In this document: positions 47,872 to 56,619 of the stretch, in pieces
How the letters are laid out: every line of letters starts with the position of its first letter
Numbering within the stretch: the stretch's first letter is position 1
NCBI GenBank assembly: GCA_963727525.1
Contig: CAVSGO010000007.1
Location: 2,144,001-2,208,000 of the forward strand
DNA from: an uncultured bacterium
GTDB lineage: Bacteria > Krumholzibacteriota > Krumholzibacteriia > LZORAL124-64-63
Direction of reading: 5' to 3'
Length of the DNA stretch: 64,000 nt
Position numbers and translations under genes: made by a program
Notes under the pieces: model-generated
What the model saw: only the letters and a program-made list of their open reading frames with translations
Told to the model about the DNA's origin: nothing
Database searches by the model: none

Positions 47872-50800
47872 ATGCACTCCTCACGCCTCGCATTCCTGCT
47901 GGCGCTGATCGCGGCCTGCCTGTTGCCCGCGCTGTCGAGCGCCATCCCCGCGATCCAGACTCCCGTCGACACCACGCAGCCGGACGGCACCCCGCTGACC
48001 GTCCGCCTCTATGGTGACGAGTGGTACCACTTCTATGAAACGCAGACCGGCTACGCCATCGTCCAGGACGCGGACGGCTGGTGGTCGTACGCCGAGCTCG
48101 ACGCCGATGGGCGTTACACGGCGTCATCCTATCTCGCCGGGAAGTCGGCGCCCGGGCTGAGCGCCTTCCTCGCGCGCGTGGGGCCGAACCTGCGCGAGGA
48201 CTCCCGCTACTGGACCGAGAGCCACGACCGGTTCTTCGACCGCACCCTGCCGGGCATTCTCGATCAGGCCGAGAAGATGGCCGACGCGCAGGGACGCGTC
48301 AGCATGTCGGTGCCCGTGGTGCTCATCCAGTATCCCGACTTCTTCGCGAGCCAGACGGTCGCGTCGTTCAACGACATGATGAACACGACCGGGTACAACG
48401 GTACGGGCAGCTTCCAGGACTACTACATGGAGGACTCGTACGGCAACCTGACGGTGACGGCCACGGTCTTCGGCTGGTACACGGCGCCCAATATCCGCCA
48501 CTACTACCGTCACGACATGGGCGCGCTACCGAACCTCAACAAGGCCCGCGAGCTCGTGCGCAACGCCGTCGACCAGGCGGAGTTCACCGGTGGCGCGGCC
48601 TGGGGCCCATTCGACAACGATAGCGACGGCAACGTCGACGTGGTCTTCATCGTGCACCAGGGGCCCGGCGCCGAGTGCGGCAACCCCGAGTTCATCTGGT
48701 CGCACCACTGGTACCTCAACGCCGCGGGCTCCAGCTACTCGGTCACGTACGACGGCAAGCTGATCGACCGCTACATCATCCAGCCTGAGATCTCCTGCGG
48801 CGGCAGCCACATCGAGATCGGCGTGTTCTGCCACGAGTTCGGCCACGCCCTCGGCCTGCCCGACCTCTACGACATCGACGGCTCGTCCGAGGGCATCGGC
48901 AACTGGGGCCTCATGAGCGGCGGCGGCTGGGGCGGCAATGGATTCACGCCACAGACGCCGACGCACATGTGCGCCTGGTCGAAGGCCGAGGTGGGCTGGG
49001 TCATCCCCACCGTCGTACCCGGCAACCAGACGGCCGCGAACATCCCGCAGGTGGAGACCAGCCCCACGGTGTACAAGCTCTGGACCAACGGGATGCCCGC
49101 CAACGAGTACTTCCTCGTCGAGAATCGTCAGCAGACCGGCTTCGACGCCAACCTGTTCACCGGCGGCCTCGCCGTGTGGCACATCGACGAGAGTCGTCGT
49201 CGCACCGACAACACCGACAACGCCGACGAGACGCACAAGCTGGTCGATCTCGAGGCTGCCGATGGCAATCTCGACCTGGACAACGCCGTGAACCGTGGCG
49301 ACAACGGCGACCTATTCCCCGGAAGCAGTACCAACCGCTTCTTCAACGGCAGCACCACCCCGAACAGCGATAGCTACGCGGGCGCCGCAACGTCCGTTTG
49401 CGTGAACAACGTCAGCAACTCCGCCTCTCCTATGACGGCCGACTTCTGCGTGACGGCGACCCTACCGCCAGACCTCATGATCCGCGACTGCGCGGCCGAC
49501 ATGGGCGCCGAGCCGGACATCCCCTGCAACTCCAACTGGGTACAGAGCCTCGACATCTACATCGACAACAACGACGACGGGACCATCGACGCGCCCAATC
49601 CCGGCTGGGGCCCGAACCATCTCTACGTACGCGCCTGGAACAATGGTGGCCCCGACGTGAACGCCACCATCCGGTGCTGGTACGTGAATCCGTCGCTCGG
49701 TCTGCGCTTCGGCGCCGGCGGCAATCCCGGGCAGGTCCAGATCGTCGACGCCACGACGTTCCAGGACCACGTCGACGTCCCCTCGATCGGCCACGTGCCG
49801 CCCACGCCGGGTGGGCTGGGCTACCGCGCGTTCTTCCACTGGGCGATCCCGAACCCGCCGCCCAGCATCGATCACTACTGCATCGGCTGCCTCATCACCA
49901 GCGCCGCCGACCCGCAGACCAGCCCCATTCCCATCCAGGAGAACAACCTCGGCCAGATCAACTACTGGGCGCTCGCCCTCAAGGCCGGCACCATGCCGGC
50001 GAAGGCGGCCGTCCCCGACACCACGCTCACCGTGTTCCGCGAGCCCATCACGATCAACAACCCGTACGACGAGACGCGCGACTTCCACGTCGTCGTCAGC
50101 GGTCTCGAGCCACCGTTCTTCGTCGAACCGTCCGAGCTGATCCTCACGCTGCAGCCGGGCGAGCAGCAGGTCCACACCTTCGACATCATCAAGGAGGACT
50201 CGCAACACGGCGACATCGGCCACGTGAAGTTCGAGCTGTACACCCTGCCCGACAACGAGCTGGCCGGAGGGCTGTACCATGATCTGTTCATCGACAGCTA
50301 CGGGCCAGACATGCCGCAGGGCTGGTCGGTGGACTACTTCCAGCCGGGCGGTGACAATTACCCGCGGCCCGCGCCTAAATACGTCCTGACTTGGCAAGCC
50401 ACCGATTTCGACGTCACCGGCCTCCCCGAGCGCGTGCGCAACTACGAGGTCTACGCCTCGCCCGACTCGAACGCCCTCGAGCAGCCGAATCCCGAGAACA
50501 TCATCGCCCACACCGCGGCCGATGCCGACCTGCAGAAGCCGGGGTACCAGTACAATTACTACCCGAGCAGCAACGACGAACCCGACATGTACTTCACCGT
50601 GCGCGCGGTGGACACGGCCGGCAACGACGGGCGGATGACGCCCATCATGACCGCTCCGCTCGGCGGTGGCCCCACGGACGCGCCGCCAGCGTTGACCGGC
50701 GACCAGCTCCTGCCCAACGCGCCAAATCCGTTCAATCCGGCCACGAGCATCTGGTTCAGGCTCGCCGTGCCGCAACGCGTGCGCGTCTCGGTCACCGACG

Positions 50801-50973
50801 TGGCGGGCCACGCCATCGCGCAGCTCGTGAACGCCCACTACGAGCCGGGCATGCACCGCGTGCAGTGGCACGGCCTCGACGCCTCCGGCCGCGCCGTGGC
50901 CTCGGGCACCTACATCGTCGTCATGCAGACCGAGGAGGGAACGCAGACGCAGAAGATCACCCTCGTGAGGTGA
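47872..50973 (+). CDS. M6 (immune inhibitor A) family metalloprotease with C-terminal FlgD/T9SS-like domain
   Basis: Prodomain QPDGT...GDE; IWSH; IGVFCHEFGHALGLPDLYD; LMSGG.W; EYFLVENRQ; PNPFNP...SGTY...KITLVR. Confidence 0.93.
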   Translation: MHSSRLAFLLALIAACLLPALSSAIPAIQTPVDTTQPDGTPLTVRLYGDEWYHFYETQTGYAIVQDADGWWSYAELDADGRYTASSYLAGKSAPGLSAFLARVGPNLREDSRYWTESHDRFFDRTLPGILDQAEKMADAQGRVSMSVPVVLIQYPDFFASQTVASFNDMMNTTGYNGTGSFQDYYMEDSYGNLTVTATVFGWYTAPNIRHYYRHDMGALPNLNKARELVRNAVDQAEFTGGAAWGPFDNDSDGNVDVVFIVHQGPGAECGNPEFIWSHHWYLNAAGSSYSVTYDGKLIDRYIIQPEISCGGSHIEIGVFCHEFGHALGLPDLYDIDGSSEGIGNWGLMSGGGWGGNGFTPQTPTHMCAWSKAEVGWVIPTVVPGNQTAANIPQVETSPTVYKLWTNGMPANEYFLVENRQQTGFDANLFTGGLAVWHIDESRRRTDNTDNADETHKLVDLEAADGNLDLDNAVNRGDNGDLFPGSSTNRFFNGSTTPNSDSYAGAATSVCVNNVSNSASPMTADFCVTATLPPDLMIRDCAADMGAEPDIPCNSNWVQSLDIYIDNNDDGTIDAPNPGWGPNHLYVRAWNNGGPDVNATIRCWYVNPSLGLRFGAGGNPGQVQIVDATTFQDHVDVPSIGHVPPTPGGLGYRAFFHWAIPNPPPSIDHYCIGCLITSAADPQTSPIPIQENNLGQINYWALALKAGTMPAKAAVPDTTLTVFREPITINNPYDETRDFHVVVSGLEPPFFVEPSELILTLQPGEQQVHTFDIIKEDSQHGDIGHVKFELYTLPDNELAGGLYHDLFIDSYGPDMPQGWSVDYFQPGGDNYPRPAPKYVLTWQATDFDVTGLPERVRNYEVYASPDSNALEQPNPENIIAHTAADADLQKPGYQYNYYPSSNDEPDMYFTVRAVDTAGNDGRMTPIMTAPLGGGPTDAPPALTGDQLLPNAPNPFNPATSIWFRLAVPQRVRVSVTDVAGHAIAQLVNAHYEPGMHRVQWHGLDASGRAVASGTYIVVMQTEEGTQTQKITLVR

Positions 50974-50980
50974 TGCCCAC

Positions 50981-51016
50981 GCCACCGCCCGCGACCTCGG
51001 GGCCGCGGGCGGTGGT
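50981..51016 (+). terminator. GC-rich hairpin after M6 protease gene
   Basis: CCACCGCCCGCG (50982-50993) pairs with CGCGGGCGGTGG (51004-51015); no U tract. Confidence 0.5.
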
Positions 51017-51266
51017 ACCGGACGGAAATCTCGGTGCCGGCGCCGAGACCACAAGCTATTACATTTCAATTAATTATAGCGTTCGCGCCAAGGCAGCCCC
51101 CACGAGCATGAAGCCACCACCGACCGAGAGGGTCGGCACGTCACCGCGCTGACCTCGCGACTGGCCCCCGGTAACGAAGGAGTCGCCCGTCCCGTTGCCG
51201 GCCTGCGTGGAGCCGGCGCCGAAGCTACCTTGGCGTGACGGCCCCGGTTTCCAGCAAAGGACCTCC

Positions 51267-53402
51267 ATGCGCCCGGCCCTGCTCGTCATCACGCTCCTGC
51301 TCACCACTCCCGCCCTCGCGGACCCCGGTCCCGTGCCCTCGCTCGACCTGCCCGACTCCATCCGCGTGATCGTCGACCCGGGCGTGAGCACGCTCGACAC
51401 GCTCCGCACCACCGCGCCGCGGGTGACGGTGGCCGAGGTGGTGCGGCGGATCGGGGCGCGCATGGCGAGCGAGCGGGCGCGGATCCGCACGCACGAGTAC
51501 ACGGGGCTCACGAAGATCATCGCCATCCATGGCACCGATGCCGACGGCATCCCCGAGCGCAAGATCTACGAGACCGCCGAGCGCGTGCGGCTGGATCGCG
51601 GCGGCGACTATCAACACGTCACGCTGTGGCGGCGCGAGCAGACCTGGAAGCATGGCGAGCTGGCGAAGACCGAGGTGAAGGACGAGGTCGAGACGTCGTG
51701 GGAGACGATCGGCGAGGAAGTGCGCGAGAGCATCCCGTTCTCGCCCGAGTCGGGCGACGACTACACCTACGCCATCGTCGACCGCGCGCTCGCCGACAGC
51801 ACCGTGATCTACGAGGTCCGCTACACGCCCAAGAGCAAGTTCGACGGCCTCTCCAGCGGCACGGTATGGATCGATTACGGCGAGTACGTGATCCGGCGCC
51901 TGGCCGGCGAGATCGTGGAATCGCCGCCGGTGCCGCTGCTGGTGCGGGCCATCTCCGACTTCCGCGCCCGCTTCAAGCCCTGCGGCGACTTCTGGGTGCT
52001 CGACGACATCTACGCGCGCATCGAGCTGCGCGACGTGCCCCTGCTCGGCCTGCCGCGCACGCTGGAGTTCCATTACTGGACGCAGGGGCACGTGATCAAC
52101 GGCGTGCGCTACGAGCCGGAACCCGCATTGCCCGATACCGCTTTGCCTGATACCGCCTCGCCCGACACCACGACCGGTTACTGGGACCATCTCGACGCGC
52201 ACTGGGACGATGCCATCGGCGACGATCTCTTCGGCTTCCCTCTGAGCGACGCGCGCGTCGATTCGCTCACGGACATGGGCCGCGACCGGATCGCCGCGAT
52301 GCTGGCCGGCAGGGTGTTCAAGGTCAATCTCGATCCCATCGGCCGGCTCGACTTCGACCGCGTCGAGGGCCTGCGCCCTGGCGCCTCGCTGAAGGTACGC
52401 CATCTGAGCGCCGTGCCGCCCACGCTCGAGCTGGGCGCGGGCTATGGACTGTCGAGCCACCGCTGGATCGCCGATGGGAGCCTGCGCGTGCCGCTCGTGA
52501 GGCGCCAGCCGCGACGGCCCGATGGCCAGCCGACCGGGCTCGCCTACCCGCGCCTCGAGGCCGAGATCTTCGGCGCCGATTCGATCCGGCGCTTCGGTGG
52601 CGACCCACGGCCCGAACGCACGCTGCAGGCCATCTTCGCTGGCGACGATCCCAACCAGTACCTCGGCACCCGCAGCGCCGGCCTCACCCTGCGCCTGCGC
52701 CCGGCGCGCCGGTTGACCCTGAGCCTGGGCGGCCACTTCGACAACGAGCGGCCCCTGCCCGTCGCCACGCGGTGGACCGTCTTCGGCAACACCGAGGACG
52801 TGGCGGACAACGAGCCGGCGGAGCGCCTCGTCGACCATGCCATCACCGCGGGCGTTGGCCTCGAGGGGCGACGCTGGACGGTGGCCCTCGATGCCGCGCG
52901 CCACCATGCCCTGCACACCGACTTCCACACGCTGGCCCTCGACACGCGCGGTAGCGCGCTCGATCGCCACGGCAACGAACTGGCGCTGCACCTGGCCGGC
53001 CGCATCTGGGATCGCCGCGCACCGGTGCAGTGGAAGACGTGGCTCGGCGACTGGCCCACCCTGCGCGGCTACGATATCCAGGAGCTGGCTGGCGACCACG
53101 CCACCTGGGGCAACGTCGATGTGCGCTGGGGTACCGACGTGCTCAAGGCCCTGCGCGTGCCTCTGCTCGGCAAGCTCGGCCTTCAGCCCCTCAGCTTCGT
53201 GGACGCCGCCTGGTCCGAGCTGCGCGACCCGCAGCGCGACGCCCGCTGGCGCGACGGCTTCCGTATGGATGCCGGCGTGGGGTTCGGCAAGCTGATCGGG
53301 GGAGCCGGCATCGGGGGGCGCCTGAGGGTCTATGCCGCCCACCCGGTGTTCGACGGCCAGGAGGGGCAGGGCTGGCGCTTCCTCCTGGTATTCGAGCCAT
53401 GA
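51267..53402 (+). CDS. Exported protein with probable C-terminal beta-barrel (DUF5686/Omp85-like)
   Basis: Signal peptide; GTVWID...IRR; FDRVEGL; TLRGY..QELAGD; FVDAA; final strand WRFLLVFEP. Confidence 0.6.
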   Translation: MRPALLVITLLLTTPALADPGPVPSLDLPDSIRVIVDPGVSTLDTLRTTAPRVTVAEVVRRIGARMASERARIRTHEYTGLTKIIAIHGTDADGIPERKIYETAERVRLDRGGDYQHVTLWRREQTWKHGELAKTEVKDEVETSWETIGEEVRESIPFSPESGDDYTYAIVDRALADSTVIYEVRYTPKSKFDGLSSGTVWIDYGEYVIRRLAGEIVESPPVPLLVRAISDFRARFKPCGDFWVLDDIYARIELRDVPLLGLPRTLEFHYWTQGHVINGVRYEPEPALPDTALPDTASPDTTTGYWDHLDAHWDDAIGDDLFGFPLSDARVDSLTDMGRDRIAAMLAGRVFKVNLDPIGRLDFDRVEGLRPGASLKVRHLSAVPPTLELGAGYGLSSHRWIADGSLRVPLVRRQPRRPDGQPTGLAYPRLEAEIFGADSIRRFGGDPRPERTLQAIFAGDDPNQYLGTRSAGLTLRLRPARRLTLSLGGHFDNERPLPVATRWTVFGNTEDVADNEPAERLVDHAITAGVGLEGRRWTVALDAARHHALHTDFHTLALDTRGSALDRHGNELALHLAGRIWDRRAPVQWKTWLGDWPTLRGYDIQELAGDHATWGNVDVRWGTDVLKALRVPLLGKLGLQPLSFVDAAWSELRDPQRDARWRDGFRMDAGVGFGKLIGGAGIGGRLRVYAAHPVFDGQEGQGWRFLLVFEP
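52125..52169 (+). repeat. Three degenerate 15-bp repeats encoding linker ALPDT-ALPDT-ASPDT
   Basis: GCATTGCCCGATACC / GCTTTGCCTGATACC / GCCTCGCCCGACACC. Confidence 0.85.
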
Positions 53403-53515
53403 GCGCCCGCACCTGGCTCAGGCGCGTGGGCGTCGCCGGTTTCGTCTTCTTCCTGGTCAAGGGCCTGCTCTGGCTGCTCCTGCCTCTGCTGCTCGTGGAA
53501 ACGTGCGGCGGGTAG
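53399..53515 (+). CDS. 38-aa single-TM small protein
   Basis: MSARTWLRRVGVAGFVFFLVKGLLWLLLPLLLVETCGG; ATGA overlap with upstream stop. Confidence 0.65.
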   Translation: MSARTWLRRVGVAGFVFFLVKGLLWLLLPLLLVETCGG

Positions 53516-53525
53516 CCGGCACGCG

Positions 53526-55313
53526 TCACGACGGGATGATCTTGATCGGCGCATCCACCACCATCTCCAGCAGCGCGTGCGACAGGGTCTTGCCCTGCGG
53601 GTCGAGCATGAGCGACACGGTGCCGCCGCCGCCGAGAGCCTCCTCCAGCAGGAAATTCAGCGCCAGCAGGTTGTCCAGCTCGTGGCGGATGACCTTGCCC
53701 TTCACGATGCCGGCGAAGAAGCGCTTCACCACCGGCGGCGTGAGCGTCTCGCGCAGCCAGTCGTAGATCTCCGGCGAGCGCGCCAGGACGCCGACATTGC
53801 AGGTGTCGCCCTTGTCGCCCGAGCGCGCGTAGGCCAGGGTACGCAGCTGGGTGCGGCGGGTGCGCGAGGGCCATTCGCGTACGCGCGGACGCGCCTCGGG
53901 CCGGCAGGACTCCTCGGCCGGCTGCGGGGGCACGGCGTCGTCGAAGACGATGGTGCGGGAGTGCTCGGAGCCGTCGGGCCGGAGGGCCACCATCCGCGCG
54001 GGCACGCTACTGCGTTTCATGAGCGCCGGCCAGTAGGCGACCACTCGCCGTGGTTTCGGGCGGCCGGCCGTCACGGCCATGCCGCTGGGGCCCGAGAGGA
54101 TGAGCGCCGGCAACTGCACGCCGAAGGCCTCCACCTTGGTGCGGTTGTGATCGCGCACGCCCAGGCGCAGGAGCACCTCGTCGGGCTCGCCGATGTTGAG
54201 AGTACGCGCCCAGATCGAGCCGGTACCCACCACCGAGGTATGCGTCTCCTCGTAGGCATGGCCGAGGCGCTTCCACAAGATCTTGGCCGCCGCCTCCGAC
54301 TTGGCCCTGGCTTCGGGCCCGCAGACCAGGAGATGGCCCAGGGCCTTCCAGCCGTCGTCGTAGGCCATCGACACCTTGAACATGGCGGGGCGCGGACAGC
54401 CGCGCACGCCGCTGACGCACACGCGGTTCTTACCGACCTCGGCGAGGGCGATGGTGTCGAAGCGCGCGATCACATCGGGCGAGATGTACTGCGAGGGGTC
54501 GCCCATCTCGTAGACGAGCTGCTCCTTCACCGTCTTCTCGTTCACGAGGCCGCCGGTGCGCGCGTGCTTGGTGACCTCGAACACGCCGTCGTCCCCCATC
54601 TCGATGATGGGAAAACCGATGGTGGCCAGGTGCGGCACCTCGTGCCAATCGGTGAGGTTGCCGCCCGTGGCCTGCGTACCACACTCGATGATATGGCCGG
54701 CCACGATGCCGGCGGCGAGGTGATCCCAGTCGTCCTCCTGCCAGCCGAACTCGTGGATCATGGGCGCCAGCGTGATGCCGGTGTCGGTCACACGGCCGGT
54801 GACGATCACCTGGCAACCCGCCGCGAGCGCGGCCACCACCGGCTCGGCACCGAAGTAGACGTTGGCGGCCGTCACCTGATCCTGCACGTCGTCGAAGGCC
54901 TCGCCCGACTCCATGTTGGCGAAGCTCTCGCCCGCCGCACGCAGCTCGTCGAGGCGGCCCACGATGTCATCGCCGTCGACCACGCCGACCGTGACGCGCA
55001 GACCCAGTTCGCCGGCCAGCTCGCGGATCTTGCGGCCCAGGCCGAGTGGGTTGATGCCGCCGGCGTTGGTGATGACCTTCACGCCGTGCTCGACCATGAG
55101 CGGCAGGCATTCGCGTAGCTGGTCGAGAAAGTCCACTGCGTAGCCCAGCTCGGGCTGCTTCGCGCGCTGCGCCTGCAAGATCGACATCGTGACCTCGGCC
55201 AGGTAGTCGATGGTGACGTAGTCGAGGGGGCCGCCCTCGATCTGACGCTTGAGTGCGCCCGGATCGTCGCCCCAGTAGCCGCCGGCGTTGCCGATACGGA
55301 TGGTCCGTCTCAT
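53526..55313 (-). CDS. AtuA-family (DUF1446) protein
   Basis: IGNAGGYWGD, DYLAEVTM, NAGGINP, GHIIECG.QATGG, EQLVYE, ARSGDKGD, D.QGK. Confidence 0.92.
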   Translation of the reverse strand: MRRTIRIGNAGGYWGDDPGALKRQIEGGPLDYVTIDYLAEVTMSILQAQRAKQPELGYAVDFLDQLRECLPLMVEHGVKVITNAGGINPLGLGRKIRELAGELGLRVTVGVVDGDDIVGRLDELRAAGESFANMESGEAFDDVQDQVTAANVYFGAEPVVAALAAGCQVIVTGRVTDTGITLAPMIHEFGWQEDDWDHLAAGIVAGHIIECGTQATGGNLTDWHEVPHLATIGFPIIEMGDDGVFEVTKHARTGGLVNEKTVKEQLVYEMGDPSQYISPDVIARFDTIALAEVGKNRVCVSGVRGCPRPAMFKVSMAYDDGWKALGHLLVCGPEARAKSEAAAKILWKRLGHAYEETHTSVVGTGSIWARTLNIGEPDEVLLRLGVRDHNRTKVEAFGVQLPALILSGPSGMAVTAGRPKPRRVVAYWPALMKRSSVPARMVALRPDGSEHSRTIVFDDAVPPQPAEESCRPEARPRVREWPSRTRRTQLRTLAYARSGDKGDTCNVGVLARSPEIYDWLRETLTPPVVKRFFAGIVKGKVIRHELDNLLALNFLLEEALGGGGTVSLMLDPQGKTLSHALLEMVVDAPIKIIPS

Positions 55314-55406
55314 TGCATGGCTCCTCGGAATCAGGTATCGTGCCCGCGTCATGCTAGCTGCGTGACCGCGGAGTCACAAGGTGGTTTTCAGCTCAGGGGG
55401 CCCGCC

Positions 55407-55982
55407 ATGCCCGTCACCCGCTGCGCGTGGTGCGGCACCGATCCGCTCTACGTCGCCTACCACGACCAGGAGTGGGGCGTACCCGTGCATGACGACCGCC
55501 ACATGTTCGAACTGCTCGTGCTCGAGGGCGCCCAGGCCGGTCTCGCCTGGATCACGATACTGCGCAAGCGCGAGGGCTACCGGCGCGCCTTCGGCAATTT
55601 CGATGTCGAGGCCATTGCGCGCTATGGTCCGCGCGACGTCGCTCGCCTGCTCGCCGACCCGGGCATCGTGCGCAATCGCCTCAAGGTGGCGTCCGCCGTC
55701 ACCAACGCCGCCGCTTTCCTCGAGGTGCAGGCCCAGCGCGGTAGCTTCTGCCGCTACCTCTGGGACTTCGTCGACGGCCGCCCGGTGCAGAACCGCAGGC
55801 GCAGCCTCGACGAGGTCCCGCCGCGCACCGACCTGTCCGACCGCATCAGCAAGGATCTCAAGAAGCGCGGCTTCAAGTTCGTGGGTTCCACCATCGTCTA
55901 CGCGCACCTGCAATCGGCCGGGCTGGTGAACGACCACGTGGTCGACTGCATCCGCCACGCACCGGTGTCGCGGCTGCGCTGA
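55407..55982 (+). CDS. tag: DNA-3-methyladenine glycosylase I
   Basis: RCAW...YHDQEWG, LEGAQAGLAW..IL.KRE, IVRNRLK, GFKFVG, GLVNDH..C. Confidence 0.96.
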   Translation: MPVTRCAWCGTDPLYVAYHDQEWGVPVHDDRHMFELLVLEGAQAGLAWITILRKREGYRRAFGNFDVEAIARYGPRDVARLLADPGIVRNRLKVASAVTNAAAFLEVQAQRGSFCRYLWDFVDGRPVQNRRRSLDEVPPRTDLSDRISKDLKKRGFKFVGSTIVYAHLQSAGLVNDHVVDCIRHAPVSRLR

Positions 55983-55995
55983 TCGGCGCGCCGAT

Positions 55996-56619
55996 CTAGG
56001 CGATCGGCGTCTGCGCGGCGAGCGCCAGGATCGCCTGCGCGGCCCGCGCGAGCGTGGTGCCGAACGCGATCACCCCGTCCTCGTGCCCGCCCATGACGAT
56101 CACGCCCTCGTGCACCACCGGGCCGCGGCGGTACAGGCGGATCATCTCCTGGGCCATCGCGGGCGTGCCGTATTCCACGTCGTCGCGCGTGGTGGGCAGC
56201 CGGTCGCGCTGGGCCAGCCAGATGGGCCGCGCATGCACGTGCACCACCCCACAGATCGCCGGATCGGCCGCGTAGAGCGCCGCATGCGTCAGCGCCTCCG
56301 ACGAGGCCTGGATCTCACCCACGCACCGCAGCCGGTTGCGATCGATGTCGGCGAGCGTCACCTCGGCGAAGTGGCGGTGGTCCACCTGCGGCAGCCCGCT
56401 CGTCTGGCTGCCGCTGATCAGGAAACGCGGCGAGGTGTGCAATCGCACGCTGATGTTGCCGTACCCCAGGCCCTCGGCGTCGGCACCGATGAGACGGCGG
56501 GCGAAGAGGCGGTCGCGCCACGTGAGCAGGTCGCGCAGGTCGGGCAACGGGCGCAGCGGACGCGCGACATGTTCGGCATGATACTTGACAACGCCTTCGC
56601 GCTCACCCGGATGCGTCAT
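55996..56619 (-). CDS. Class II aldolase/adducin family protein
   Basis: GYGNISVR, ASSEALTHAALY, VVHVH, GHEDG. Confidence 0.88.
   Translation of the reverse strand: MTHPGEREGVVKYHAEHVARPLRPLPDLRDLLTWRDRLFARRLIGADAEGLGYGNISVRLHTSPRFLISGSQTSGLPQVDHRHFAEVTLADIDRNRLRCVGEIQASSEALTHAALYAADPAICGVVHVHARPIWLAQRDRLPTTRDDVEYGTPAMAQEMIRLYRRGPVVHEGVIVMGGHEDGVIAFGTTLARAAQAILALAAQTPIA

Noticed and set aside
53526-55313. Functional link between atuA-like gene and the mevalonate-type operon
   Set aside because: About 15 kb apart, and no other atu or liu genes are present.
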